From positions 352,001 through 416,000 of the forward strand of contig CBDCRW010000003.1 in assembly GCA_965221125.1 (NCBI GenBank): a DNA stretch of 64,000 bases, given 5' to 3'. Source of the stretch: Alphaproteobacteria bacterium (GTDB lineage Bacteria; Pseudomonadota; Alphaproteobacteria; UBA828). Made by a program: the position numbers and the translations under genes. A model generated the notes under the pieces. The model was not told where the DNA came from. It was given only the letters and a program-made list of their open reading frames with translations, and made no database searches. Below are positions 50,766 to 60,529 of this stretch, one piece after another (positions within the stretch are counted from its first letter, which is position 1; each line of letters begins with the position of its first letter).

Positions 50766-52007
50766 ATGAGCTTGAGGTCGAAATTCCTGGCGCTGGCGGC
50801 GGGCCTTTGCCTGACTGTCGGCGGAGCTGCGGGCGCGGCGGCGGCCGATGTGCAACTGTTCCACGACAAGGGCTTCTGGTCGGAAGCGTTTCAGAAGATG
50901 GGCGATGCGTCCGAGAGGGATACGGGAAACCGCATCGTCGAGGTCGCCTACGCCAACCCCGAGCAGTACAAGGCGTTCATCCAGTCGGCGATCGCGAGCG
51001 GCGAGACACCCGACATGTTCACGTGGTGGACAGGCGGCGTCTACAAGGACCTCGTGGAATCGGGCGCGCTCGCGGAGCTCGACGGCATCTGGGAAGAAAT
51101 TCTCGCGACCGGCGACTTCGTCGAGAGCACGCGCGACTTCTACAAGGTGGGCGACCACATCTACGGCGTGCCGCTCCACCTCTCGCGCTGGGTCGCGTTC
51201 TACAACAAGGCCCAGTTCGCCGAGGTCGGGATCGAAGAGCCCGGGACCTGGGACGAGCTGATGGCGGCGGCCGATGCGCTGCTGGCTGCGGGACACGCAC
51301 CGTTCCACGCGACCGTGCAGGACGGCTGGCGCGGCTTCATCTGGTTCCAGGAGATCATGATCCGCACCGACCCCGCCGCGTATAACGGCCTGCACGACGG
51401 CTCGGTGCCCTATGACAGCGACGCCGTGCGCAACGCTTTCCAGATCTGGTCGGACTGGTACGCGAAGGGGTATTTCTCCGACCCGCGCTCGACCGAGGAG
51501 GCCGCCGACTTCGCCCGCGGCAAGGGCTCCATCTACCTGATCGGCGACTGGGCCGTCGGCCTGATCGAGGCGGCGGGCATGAAGGCCGGCGACGACTTCG
51601 GCGTATTCATCATGCCCAACATGGACGGGGCGCTGCCGCCCTCCGTCATCGTCGAGGGCGGCCCGATCGTGATGTCCAAGGAGGCGCTCGACAAGCCGGA
51701 CGTGGTCGGCGCGCTCAAGTACTTCGTGTCGGTGGCGGGCGCCAATGCCTGGGCCGAGGCGTCGGGGAACTACATGGGCAACAACAACGCCGAGCCGCCC
51801 AACGTCCTCGTGGCCAAGATCAACGACACCGTGGCGGCGGAAGGCACGCTCGCCCTCGAGCGCTGGTGGGAGGCCGTGCCGGCGGACGTGCAAGGCGAGG
51901 CGGTCGCCGAGTTCAACCGCTTCATGCTCAATCCCACCATGGAGACGGCCGAAGAGGTCATGGCCAATATCCAGGAGGTGAACGCGGAGTACTGGGATAG
52001 CCAGTGA
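50766..52007 (+). CDS. Carbohydrate ABC substrate-binding protein
   Basis: Sec signal peptide, PDMFTWW, FYNK, PGTWDEL. Confidence 0.9.
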   Translation: MSLRSKFLALAAGLCLTVGGAAGAAAADVQLFHDKGFWSEAFQKMGDASERDTGNRIVEVAYANPEQYKAFIQSAIASGETPDMFTWWTGGVYKDLVESGALAELDGIWEEILATGDFVESTRDFYKVGDHIYGVPLHLSRWVAFYNKAQFAEVGIEEPGTWDELMAAADALLAAGHAPFHATVQDGWRGFIWFQEIMIRTDPAAYNGLHDGSVPYDSDAVRNAFQIWSDWYAKGYFSDPRSTEEAADFARGKGSIYLIGDWAVGLIEAAGMKAGDDFGVFIMPNMDGALPPSVIVEGGPIVMSKEALDKPDVVGALKYFVSVAGANAWAEASGNYMGNNNAEPPNVLVAKINDTVAAEGTLALERWWEAVPADVQGEAVAEFNRFMLNPTMETAEEVMANIQEVNAEYWDSQ

Positions 52008-53038
52008 CGCGGAAACGCGTACGCACAGGAGGAGCGGCCGGCCCTGCCGGCCGCACTCCGGGCTCTCTCGATGCGTTCGCGGCCGAAGAGAGCCAGCGCG
52101 AGCGCGATGCGGAACTGCTGGAGCGCATCGGCTGGGAGAGCATCGAGGCGAACGAGAAGCGGCGCCTGCGGCGCAACTTCTGGCTCGCTTTCGGCTTCAT
52201 GGCGCCCGCGGTGGCGCTGGTCTCGGGCCTGCTGCTCGCGCCGGTCGTCTACAACATCTACCTGAGCTTCACGAAGTGGAAGAAGTTCAAGGGGCTGGAT
52301 CAGTTCGCCGGCGCCGCGAACTACGAGAGGCTCGCGACCCACCGGCTCTTCGGCGACGCGCTCTACAACACCTCGCTCTGGGTCGTCGCCTCGATCATCT
52401 TCCCGCTCGCGATCGGCTTCGGCCTCGCCGTCTTCCTGCGCGGGGTGGCGCTGGAGAACACCTTCAAGAGTGTGATCTTCCTGCCGCGCATCCTGGCTCC
52501 GACCGCGGTCGGGGTGATCTGGTTCTACGTCTACGCGCCGGACGGCGTCGTCAACCGCTTCCTCTCCTTCGCCGCCGGCGACACGGTCGATATCGGCTGG
52601 CTCTACGAGGAGAACACGGTGACGCCCGCCATCATCGCCACCTTCGTGTGGCAGACGGTGGGGCTCGTCATGGTGCTGATCCTGCTCGGCCTCGCCGCCA
52701 TTCCGAAGGACCCGCTCGAAGCCGCCCGCATCGACGGCGCCACGCGCTGGCAGATCTTCCGCCGCGTCGTCATGCCGCTGCTTCTGCCGACCATCCTGGT
52801 GGTCACCATTCTCAGCGTGCTGGCGGGCTTCACCGTATTCGACCTGCTCTGGATCATGGGCGCGGCCAATCCTGAACTGCGGACGCTCTCGCTCGCCGTC
52901 TTCATGTATTTCGAAGCGTTTCAGAAGGGGTCCTGGGCCTACGGCTCCGCCATCGCCGTGGTCATCGGCGTGGTCGTGCTCAGCGTCACCTGGATTCAGG
53001 CGCTGCTGCAGCACCGGGTCGAGAAGATGACGAAATAG
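52004..53038 (+). CDS. Carbohydrate ABC permease (MalF-like)
   Basis: EAARIDGA loop. Confidence 0.92.
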   Translation: MTRKRVRTGGAAGPAGRTPGSLDAFAAEESQRERDAELLERIGWESIEANEKRRLRRNFWLAFGFMAPAVALVSGLLLAPVVYNIYLSFTKWKKFKGLDQFAGAANYERLATHRLFGDALYNTSLWVVASIIFPLAIGFGLAVFLRGVALENTFKSVIFLPRILAPTAVGVIWFYVYAPDGVVNRFLSFAAGDTVDIGWLYEENTVTPAIIATFVWQTVGLVMVLILLGLAAIPKDPLEAARIDGATRWQIFRRVVMPLLLPTILVVTILSVLAGFTVFDLLWIMGAANPELRTLSLAVFMYFEAFQKGSWAYGSAIAVVIGVVVLSVTWIQALLQHRVEKMTK

Positions 53039-53049
53039 GGCGGGCGGCG

Positions 53050-53931
53050 ATGGCGGTCAATCTGGATGAGCTCGATCTCGAGCGGCTCGCCGCCAGGGAG
53101 CGGCGCGCCGGCGCGGGCTCGTCCATAAAATTCGTCTTCGCGGTCTTTATCGGCGCCATCTGGATCGTTCCCTTCTATTACCTCATCGTCTCGATCTTCA
53201 AGACGACCGAGCAGTACTCGCTCAATCATCCGCTCTCGCTGCCGACCGGCGTCGCGCCCTTTCTCGCCAACGCCATCGACGCATGGGTGACGGCGAAGAT
53301 GGGCGCCGGCCTGCTGAACTCGACGCTCTACGGCCTCGTGGGCGCGGGACTTGCCGTCTTCTTCGCGGCGATGGCCGCCTACGGCCTCTCGCGCATCGAT
53401 TTCAAGCGGAAGAATTTCTGGTTCATGCTGATCTTCGCAGGCACGGTGTTCCCGTTCCAGATGTACCTGATCCCGCTCTTCTTCGGCTACCAGAAGGCCG
53501 GCATCATCAACACCCACTTCGGCATGCTGCTCGTCTACACGGCGATCTGCATTCCCTTTCCGACCCTCGTGCTGAAGAACTACATGAACGGCCTGTCGCG
53601 GGAGATGGACGAGGCGGCGCGCATGGACGGCGCCAGGGAATTCACCGTCTTCTGGCGCATCGTGCTGCCGAACTGCAAGGGGCCGATAACCGCGACCTTC
53701 CTCCTGCAATTCACCTGGATCTGGAACGACCTCCTGTTCTCCACGGTGCTCGCGAACCGGACCGAGACCCGCTCGATCATGAACGCTCTCCAGGTCTTCC
53801 AGGGGAGCTACTCGTCGACCGGGCCTAACGTGGTGCTGACGGCCACGATCATCGCGACCGTTCCCTCGGTTCTGCTGTTCTTCCTGCTGCGACGTCACTT
53901 CATGGAGGGCATGCGAATCTCGTCGCTCTGA
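53050..53931 (+). CDS. Carbohydrate ABC permease (MalG-like)
   Basis: DEAARMDGA loop, WNDLL. Confidence 0.92.
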   Translation: MAVNLDELDLERLAARERRAGAGSSIKFVFAVFIGAIWIVPFYYLIVSIFKTTEQYSLNHPLSLPTGVAPFLANAIDAWVTAKMGAGLLNSTLYGLVGAGLAVFFAAMAAYGLSRIDFKRKNFWFMLIFAGTVFPFQMYLIPLFFGYQKAGIINTHFGMLLVYTAICIPFPTLVLKNYMNGLSREMDEAARMDGAREFTVFWRIVLPNCKGPITATFLLQFTWIWNDLLFSTVLANRTETRSIMNALQVFQGSYSSTGPNVVLTATIIATVPSVLLFFLLRRHFMEGMRISSL

Positions 53932-54088
53932 ACTGAGCAGTTCTGGCGGACGCACTGTCGCATGAGGAGCTTCAAAGGGGACGAGAAAAGCAAACACGCG
54001 ATGGCAGAATTGCCGGCGCTTTCCCCGGTCGCGCGGCCGGAACACCCTAGCCCGGATTTCCAGCCAATGTCATGGGCGGCGCGGCCCG

Positions 54089-54111
54089 ATTGTTCGAAAT
54101 ATCCAGACAAT
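54089..54111. promoter_or_regulatory. Putative LysR operator ATTGTTC-N9-AGACAAT upstream of the CoA transferase
   Basis: Inverted repeat (CCGATTGT...ACAATCGG) with the same half-site and spacing as the box at 56356-56378. Confidence 0.55.
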
Positions 54112-54191
54112 CGGTTCGGGAAACGGCAGTATGCGTCCGCAGGCAGAGCACCTATCGTCGGCTGCGGACAATCTCGGCAAGAGGAACACGC

Positions 54192-55421
54192 ATGAGCGGG
54201 CCGTTCGAGGGCGTGAAGATCGTCGACCTGACCACCATGCTGTCCGGCCCCTGGGCGACCTCGATCCTGGGCGACCAGGGCGCCGACGTGATCAAGGTCG
54301 AGGTGCCGGGCAAGGGCGATCACGTGCGCGCGCTCGGCAACCAGCAGGGCGGCATGTCGTCGATGTTCCTGAACATCAACCGCAACAAGCGCTCGATCAC
54401 GCTCGACCTCAAGAAGCCGGAAGGCCGCGACCTCCTGCTCAGGATCGCCGGGACGGCCGACGTCTTTGTCCAGAACTTCCGCCCCGGCGTCGTCGAGCGT
54501 CTGGGCGTCGCTTACGAGGACGTGGCGAAGGTCAATCCGCGCATCGTCTACATGTCGCTCTCCGGCTTCGGCGAGAAGGGGCCGTGGGTCCACAAGCCGG
54601 TCTACGACCCCGTGATCCAGGCGCTCTCCGGGCTCACCACGATCCAGGCAGGGTCGGACGAGGAGCGTCCGCGGCTGGTCCGCACCGTGCTGCCCGACAA
54701 GTTCTCCGCCATGACTGCCTCGCAGGCCATCGGCGCCGCGCTCTTCCGGCGGGAGCGGACGGGCGCGGGCCAGCACGTTCGGCTCTCCATGCTGGATGCG
54801 ATCCTGCAGTTCCTCTGGGTCTCGGACTATGGCGCCCAGACCTTTCCCGACGCCGAGGTCTCCAACCAGGCGGCGGCGAGCTTCATCGACCTGATCTACG
54901 AGACGAAGGACGGCCACATGACCGTCGCCGTCATGTCCGACCGCGAATGGAACGGCCTCTGCAAGGCGCTGGAGCGGGAGGAGTGGCTCGAGGACGAGCG
55001 TTTCGCTACGCCGTCCGCCCGCGACGCGCACGTCGACGAGCGGCTCGAGATGACCCAGCAGGTGCTGCTGGAGCGGACGACCGACGAATGGATGGGTATT
55101 CTCGAAGCCTGCGGCGTGCCCTGCGCGCCGGCGCTCACGCGGAACGGCGTGATCGAGCATCCGCAGGTGGCGGCAAGCGAGGTCCTGGTCGAGATCGAGC
55201 ATCCCGCCGCCGGGCGGCTGCGCCAGACCCGCAATGCGGCCCGCTTCCAGGGCTCGCCGGCGGCCCATCGGCTGGGCGCCCCGCAGCTCGGCGAGCATTG
55301 CACGGAAATCCTGTCCGCCCTCGGCCTGAGCGAGGCGGACATCGTCGCGCTGCACAAGAGCGGCGTCATCGGCGGCGAGAACGATCCGGCCCTGCGCGCC
55401 TATTCGGCGGCGGCCGAGTAG
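54192..55421 (+). CDS. CaiB/BaiF family III CoA-transferase (candidate IsoG counterpart)
   Basis: GADVIKVE, NRNKRSITLDLK, NFRPG, SGFG, YDPVIQA, APQLGEH. Confidence 0.88.
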   Translation: MSGPFEGVKIVDLTTMLSGPWATSILGDQGADVIKVEVPGKGDHVRALGNQQGGMSSMFLNINRNKRSITLDLKKPEGRDLLLRIAGTADVFVQNFRPGVVERLGVAYEDVAKVNPRIVYMSLSGFGEKGPWVHKPVYDPVIQALSGLTTIQAGSDEERPRLVRTVLPDKFSAMTASQAIGAALFRRERTGAGQHVRLSMLDAILQFLWVSDYGAQTFPDAEVSNQAAASFIDLIYETKDGHMTVAVMSDREWNGLCKALEREEWLEDERFATPSARDAHVDERLEMTQQVLLERTTDEWMGILEACGVPCAPALTRNGVIEHPQVAASEVLVEIEHPAAGRLRQTRNAARFQGSPAAHRLGAPQLGEHCTEILSALGLSEADIVALHKSGVIGGENDPALRAYSAAAE

Positions 55422-55448
55422 GACCCCGTGACGCCCGGGATATCCGCC

Positions 55449-56357
55449 TCAACCCAGGTTGAAGGCGGACTTCGCGTCCTCCTTGAGGAAATCGAGGAAG
55501 GCGCGGAGCCTCGGCGGCATGCGGCGGCGATGCACGTAGGTCGCGGAGATGGCGCCCGGCCGGTGCCGCCAGCCCGGCAGCAGGCGGACGATGCGGCCGC
55601 TCTCGATCTCGCCCCGGACGGCGTAGTCCGGCAGCAGCGCGGCGCCCGCCCCGTCGAGCACGAACTGCTTGGCGGTCATGCCCGAGTTCGTGCGGATCGA
55701 GGGGTCGACCTTGACGCTGGCATCGTCGTGGTCGGCGTCGGTCAGCGTGAGCCGGTCGAAGTCCGGCATGACGGTGAGCGTGATCCACGGCTTGTGGGTG
55801 AGATCCAGCGGCGAGCGGATCGGCCCGAAGGTCTTGAGATAGCCGGGCGACGCGCAGGGGATCATCTCGAAGTCGCAGATCTTGACGGCGTGGAGCTCGG
55901 TGGATTTCAGCCAGCCGATGCGGAAGGCGATGTCGTAGCCGCCTTCGATGATGTTGGTGATGCTGTCCTGCACGTCGAGCTCGATGTCGACCTTGGGGTG
56001 CCGCTCGCGGAAGCGCTTGACCGCGCCGGTGAGGTAGACCACGGCGAGGTTCTGGGAGGCCGTCATGCGGATGATGCCGGACGGCAGTTCCTGCTGCGTC
56101 TCCAGCCTTTCCACGGCGGTGCCGACGATGTCGATCATCCGCTCGGCGGCGTCTGCGAGCGTATGGCCCTCGTGGGTGATCGCCACCGAGCGGGTCGAGC
56201 GGTTGAGCAGGCGCACGTTGAGCTCGCGTTCGAGGTCGCTCACGTGCTGGCTGACCACGGACTTGCTGAGGTTGAGCGCCTGCGCGGCGCGGGTGAAGTT
56301 GCCGGTCTCGACGACCTTCTGAAACACGCTGATCCGGTAGAGATGCTTCAGATCCAT
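55449..56357 (-). CDS. LysR-type transcriptional regulator (CrgA/DmlR-like)
   Basis: FTRAAQALNLSKSVVSQHVSDLE..L.VRLLNRSTR; divergent from the iso operon. Confidence 0.95.
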   Translation of the reverse strand: MDLKHLYRISVFQKVVETGNFTRAAQALNLSKSVVSQHVSDLERELNVRLLNRSTRSVAITHEGHTLADAAERMIDIVGTAVERLETQQELPSGIIRMTASQNLAVVYLTGAVKRFRERHPKVDIELDVQDSITNIIEGGYDIAFRIGWLKSTELHAVKICDFEMIPCASPGYLKTFGPIRSPLDLTHKPWITLTVMPDFDRLTLTDADHDDASVKVDPSIRTNSGMTAKQFVLDGAGAALLPDYAVRGEIESGRIVRLLPGWRHRPGAISATYVHRRRMPPRLRAFLDFLKEDAKSAFNLG

Positions 56358-56378
56358 TGTTCGGCTCAACGGAACAAT
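56356..56378. promoter_or_regulatory. Putative LysR operator ATTGTTC-N9-GAACAAT
   Basis: Perfect 7-bp inverted repeat overlapping the LysR start codon in the divergent region. Confidence 0.65.
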
Positions 56379-56469
56379 CAATTTGGGAAGTTGCTATAGC
56401 GGCGATACCGGGCGGTGCCTAGGGTAAAGCGAGTTTCGGTATCGGCCGACATGGGGGGTGAACGGCTGA

Positions 56470-57150
56470 ATGGCGAGCTATCTGGTCATCGGCGCGGATC
56501 GCGGAATCGGCCTCTCTCTCTGCCGGCAGCTCGCCGCGCGGGGCGAGACGGTGGTCTCGGTCTGCCTGGGCATGGGCGAGGCCTACAACGGCGCGGGCGT
56601 TTCCGTGATCCCCAACGTGGACGTGACCTCGGCGGGCGCCGTGGCCGCCATGGCCGGGGCGCTGGAAGCCCGCGGCGAGAAGATCGATTGCCTCATTCAT
56701 GTCGCCGGCGTGCTCGGCCTCGATGAGCTGGGCAGGATCGACTACGACGACGTCCGCCGGCAGATCGAGATCAACACCATCGGCCCGTTGCGCGCGATCG
56801 AGGCGGCGCTCCCCCATCTGGCTGCGGACGCCAAGGTGGGCGTGATCACCAGCCGCGTCGGCTCGCTCTCGGACAACGGCTCCGGTCAGATGTACGCCTA
56901 CCGCGCGTCCAAGGCGGGCGCCAACATGGTGACCCTCAACCTCCACCATGACCTCTCGGGCCGCGGCATCGCCGTGGCGGCGCTGCACCCCGGCATGGTG
57001 GCGACCGATCTCACCAAGGATATTCCGGGAGACTTCGACTACATCACGCCCGACGAGGCGGCCGCAGGGCTGATCCGGCGGATGGACGCCCTCAGCCTCG
57101 AGACATCGGGCCGGTTCTGGCATGCCAACGGCGAAGAGCTGGCGTGGTGA
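56470..57150 (+). CDS. isoH: Short SDR dehydrogenase, IsoH-like (glutathione-conjugate dehydrogenase)
   Basis: 226 aa, GADRGIG, YAYRASK, LHPGMV; directly upstream of isoI-isoA. Confidence 0.7.
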   Translation: MASYLVIGADRGIGLSLCRQLAARGETVVSVCLGMGEAYNGAGVSVIPNVDVTSAGAVAAMAGALEARGEKIDCLIHVAGVLGLDELGRIDYDDVRRQIEINTIGPLRAIEAALPHLAADAKVGVITSRVGSLSDNGSGQMYAYRASKAGANMVTLNLHHDLSGRGIAVAALHPGMVATDLTKDIPGDFDYITPDEAAAGLIRRMDALSLETSGRFWHANGEELAW

Positions 57151-57226
57151 CGGCCATGGCGACGGCCATGGCGACGGCATCGCTTGGAATGCCTGACGAA
57201 CGAACGCGCAGAGCGGAGGGAAAACC

Positions 57227-57940
57227 ATGATCAAGGTCTACGGGTATCTGCCAGGCTGGACGGTGCCGTGCATCAGCCCCTACGTCACCAAGGCCATGTA
57301 CTACATGAAGATGGCGGGGATCGAGCACGAGTTCGTCAACCAGGACCTGACGAGCCTCGACCGGGATACGCCCCACGGCAAGCTGCCGATGATCGAGGAC
57401 GGCGACGAGAAGGTCGCGGATTCCACGGCCATCATCAACTACCTCAAGGGCAAGTACGGCGACCCGCTGGATGGCGGCGCGTCCGCCGCCGAGCAGGCGG
57501 ACATGCACGCCTGGAACCGCCTGATCGACGAGCACCTCTACTGGACCGCCGTGATCCAGCCGCGCTGGCGCGAGACGCCGAACTTCGAGATCTACCTGCG
57601 GGTCATCGCCGGCACCGACGAGATTCCGCCGCCGCTCCGCGCCTTCGCCGACGACTTCCGCCACCGCATCGTGATGGAGTTCATGGAGGGCGGCTGGGGC
57701 CGCATGTCGGGCGACGTGATCTACGGCCGCGCCCGCGAGGACATCGACGCGATCGACGCCCGCATCGGCGGCGACGGCTTCCTCATGGGCGCCGAGCCCC
57801 GCTCGATCGACGCGGCGGTCGCCTCGATCCTGCGTCACATCATCGACACGCCCTTCGACTTCGACACCAAGGACTACGCGGCCGGCAAGCCGAACCTGAC
57901 CGGCTACCTGGGCCGCATGAAGGCGCGTTTCGACGTCTAG
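57227..57940 (+). CDS. isoI: Glutathione S-transferase, IsoI-like (epoxide conjugating)
   Basis: MIKVYGYLPGW...ISPYVTK, QDL..LD.D.PHGKLP, DS..II.YLK.K.GD.LD, RLIDEHLYW..IQ.RW, matching IsoI as I recall it. Confidence 0.85.
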   Translation: MIKVYGYLPGWTVPCISPYVTKAMYYMKMAGIEHEFVNQDLTSLDRDTPHGKLPMIEDGDEKVADSTAIINYLKGKYGDPLDGGASAAEQADMHAWNRLIDEHLYWTAVIQPRWRETPNFEIYLRVIAGTDEIPPPLRAFADDFRHRIVMEFMEGGWGRMSGDVIYGRAREDIDAIDARIGGDGFLMGAEPRSIDAAVASILRHIIDTPFDFDTKDYAAGKPNLTGYLGRMKARFDV

Positions 57941-58028
57941 CCGCTTTGCCTCGCGCGGGCCGGGGCGATCCTGCCCGCGCACCGCACCCGACGGCCGCAC
58001 GGCCGATGACAAGGGGGAGAACTGAACG

Positions 58029-59522
58029 ATGGCGTTACTGAACCGTGACGACTGGTACGACATCGCCCGCGACGTCGACTGGGAGCTGAGCTACGTCGAC
58101 CGCGAGGAGGCCTTCCCCGAGGAATGGGTCGGCGCCAAGGGCATCCCGCTCGATGCCTGGGAGGACTGGGACGAGCCCTACCGCGTCTCCTACCGCGAAT
58201 ACGTGATGGTGCAGCGCGAGAAGGAGGCCGGCGTCAGCGCCGTCCGCGAGGCCATGCAGCGGGCCAAGCTCTACAGCAAGCTCGACCCGGGGCACCAAGC
58301 CTCGTCGCACCTGCACATGGGCACGACCTGCATGCTCGAGCAGATGGCGGTGACAATGCAGAGCCACTTCAGCCGCTTCGCGCCAAGCCCTCGCTGGCGC
58401 AGCATGGGTGCCTTCGGAATGCTCGACGAGATCCGGCACGCCCAGCTCGATATGCGCTTCAGCCACGACCTGCTGAACGAGGATCCCCGCTTCGACTGGT
58501 GCCAGAAGGGATATCACACCAACGAGTGGGGCGTGCTGGCCGTCCGCAACTTCTTCGACGACGTGATGATCAATGCCGATTGCGTGGAGGCGGCGCTCGC
58601 GACATCGCTGACGGTCGAGCACGGCTTCACCAACATCCAGTTCATTGCCATGGCGTCGGACGCCATGGAGGCGGGCGACGTCAACTTCTCGAACCTGCTG
58701 TCCAGCATTCAGACCGATGAGTCACGCCATGCCCAGCTCGGGTTCCCGACACTGGACGTCGTCATGAAGCACGATCCGAAGCGGGCCCAGCAGATTCTGG
58801 ATGTGTCGTTCTGGCGCACCTTCCGCCTGTTCCAGACGCTGACCGGCACGTCGATGGACTACTACACGCCGCTCGCCAAGCGGAAGATGTCGTTCAAGGA
58901 GTTCATGCTCGAGTGGATCGTCAAGCACCATGAGCGGATCCTGCGCGACTACGGGCTGGAGAAGCCCTGGTACTGGCCCCAGTTCGAGGTCGCCCTGGAG
59001 CACGGGCACCATTCCATGCACATCGGCACCTGGTTTTGGCGGCCGACCCTCTTCTGGAAGCCCAATGCCGGCGTCTCGAAGGCCGAGCGCAAGTGGCTCA
59101 ACGAGAAGTATCCGAGCTGGGAGGACAGCTGGGGCTATCTCTGGGACGAGATCATCAAGAACGTCAACGACGGCAACATGGAGAAGACCTTCCCCGAGAC
59201 GCTGCCGTCGCTCTGCAACATCACCCAGCTGCCTCTCGGCTCCGGCATCGACCGCCATCACCTCGAATGCCACCAAGTCGTCTACAAGGGCCGCGTCTAC
59301 CAATTCGACAGCGAGATGTCGAAGTGGATCTTCGAGCTGGAGCCGGAGCGCTATGCCGGCCACATGAACGTCGTCGACCGCTTCATCGCCGGCATGATCC
59401 AGCCGATGAACCTCGCGGGCGGGCTGGAGTACATGAGCATCACGCCCGAGGTGATGGGCGACGACGTGTACGGCTACACCTGGGCCGAGGACTATAAGGA
59501 GATGCCGGCGGCGGCCGAGTAG
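58029..59522 (+). CDS. isoA: Soluble diiron monooxygenase alpha subunit, isoprene/alkene monooxygenase clade
   Basis: LLNRDDWYD, SHLHMGTTCM, DEIRH, SLTVEHGFTN, DESRH, GTWFWRPTLFWKPNAGVS, C-terminal YHS-like domain. Confidence 0.92.
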   Translation: MALLNRDDWYDIARDVDWELSYVDREEAFPEEWVGAKGIPLDAWEDWDEPYRVSYREYVMVQREKEAGVSAVREAMQRAKLYSKLDPGHQASSHLHMGTTCMLEQMAVTMQSHFSRFAPSPRWRSMGAFGMLDEIRHAQLDMRFSHDLLNEDPRFDWCQKGYHTNEWGVLAVRNFFDDVMINADCVEAALATSLTVEHGFTNIQFIAMASDAMEAGDVNFSNLLSSIQTDESRHAQLGFPTLDVVMKHDPKRAQQILDVSFWRTFRLFQTLTGTSMDYYTPLAKRKMSFKEFMLEWIVKHHERILRDYGLEKPWYWPQFEVALEHGHHSMHIGTWFWRPTLFWKPNAGVSKAERKWLNEKYPSWEDSWGYLWDEIIKNVNDGNMEKTFPETLPSLCNITQLPLGSGIDRHHLECHQVVYKGRVYQFDSEMSKWIFELEPERYAGHMNVVDRFIAGMIQPMNLAGGLEYMSITPEVMGDDVYGYTWAEDYKEMPAAAE

Positions 59523-59550
59523 CCCGGCACCCCAGCGCGGAGGATAGAAG

Positions 59551-59817
59551 ATGGCTCTCTTCCCGATCACCGGCCGCGTTGTCGGCGACCACATTCCGCA
59601 CCTCGTGGCGGTCGATACCGAGGACACCTTCGACCAGATCGCGGAGAAGGCGGCGGTGCACAGCGTGGGCCGGCGCCTGCCGGACAATCCCGATGCCACC
59701 GGCTTCGAGGTCCTGTTCAACGGCGAGGTTCTGCCGGGCGACCAGAAGCTCGAGGAGCTGATGGCAACCACGGAGATCCTGCCGCTTCAATGGTTCGACA
59801 TCCGATGGAAGGAGTAG
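59551..59817 (+). CDS. isoB: Monooxygenase gamma subunit (IsoB/TmoB-like)
   Basis: MALFPI...GD...HLVAVDTEDT.DQIAEK.A.HSVGRR. Confidence 0.9.
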   Translation: MALFPITGRVVGDHIPHLVAVDTEDTFDQIAEKAAVHSVGRRLPDNPDATGFEVLFNGEVLPGDQKLEELMATTEILPLQWFDIRWKE

Positions 59818-60167
59818 CGGCGGTCGCTTCGGCAGCGGCCGACGGCATCGATTACGTCGATCTCTGTGCCGAGGACGAGCTCTGGGATGGCGACATGGAT
59901 GCCTTCGACGTGGGCGAGCACGAAGTGCTGCTGGTCCGCTACGGCGGCCGGTACTTCGCCTACGACGCCATCTGCCCGCACCAGAGCACGTCGCTGGCGG
60001 ACGGCGAGTTGACGGAGGACGGCGTCATCATCTGTCAGGCCCATCTCTGGGAATTTCGGGCCGACGGCGGCCAGGGGATCAACCCGGCCAACGAGTGCCT
60101 GAAGAGGTTTCCCGTGAAGGTGGAGGACGGCCGCGTCTTCGTGGGCTCCGAGCCCGACGCCGGATAG
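59805..60167 (+). CDS. isoC: Rieske ferredoxin (IsoC/TmoC-like)
   Basis: CPHQ and CQAHLWEF Rieske motifs, GINP; start approximate. Confidence 0.9.
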   Translation: MEGVAAVASAAADGIDYVDLCAEDELWDGDMDAFDVGEHEVLLVRYGGRYFAYDAICPHQSTSLADGELTEDGVIICQAHLWEFRADGGQGINPANECLKRFPVKVEDGRVFVGSEPDAG

Positions 60168-60188
60168 CGCGAGAAAGGAACGAGGATC

Positions 60189-60494
60189 ATGAGTTCCGAT
60201 GAATTCACGACGATGGACGACAATCTGGTCGGCCCGGTCGTCCGCTCGGGCGATCTCGCCGACGCGGTGATCGATGCGGCGATCGAGGACAATCCGGATC
60301 GCGAGGTGTTGGTCTTCGAACGCGAGGACTACGTCCGCATTCATGCGGAGCGCAATTGCGTGGTGACCAGGGCGTCCATCGAGAAGCACCTGGGCCGCGC
60401 CTTCAACATGGCCATGCTCGAGATCGAGATGCCGTCCTTCAAGGGCCGCATGCAATCGAGCACGGAGCAGATGCGCTGGTACTACGTCAACTGA
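60189..60494 (+). CDS. isoD: Monooxygenase effector/coupling protein (IsoD/TmoD, MmoB-DmpM family)
   Basis: VGPV, DNPDREV, YVRI, LEIEMPSFKGR. Confidence 0.9.
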   Translation: MSSDEFTTMDDNLVGPVVRSGDLADAVIDAAIEDNPDREVLVFEREDYVRIHAERNCVVTRASIEKHLGRAFNMAMLEIEMPSFKGRMQSSTEQMRWYYVN

Positions 60495-60529
60495 CGGTCC
60501 AGGCAGCAAGAGAGACACCGGGGGGAATC

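Noticed and set aside
57149-57180. GACGGCCATGGC tandem repeat (~2.5 copies) after isoH
   Set aside because: Short slippage duplication without spacers; not a CRISPR array.
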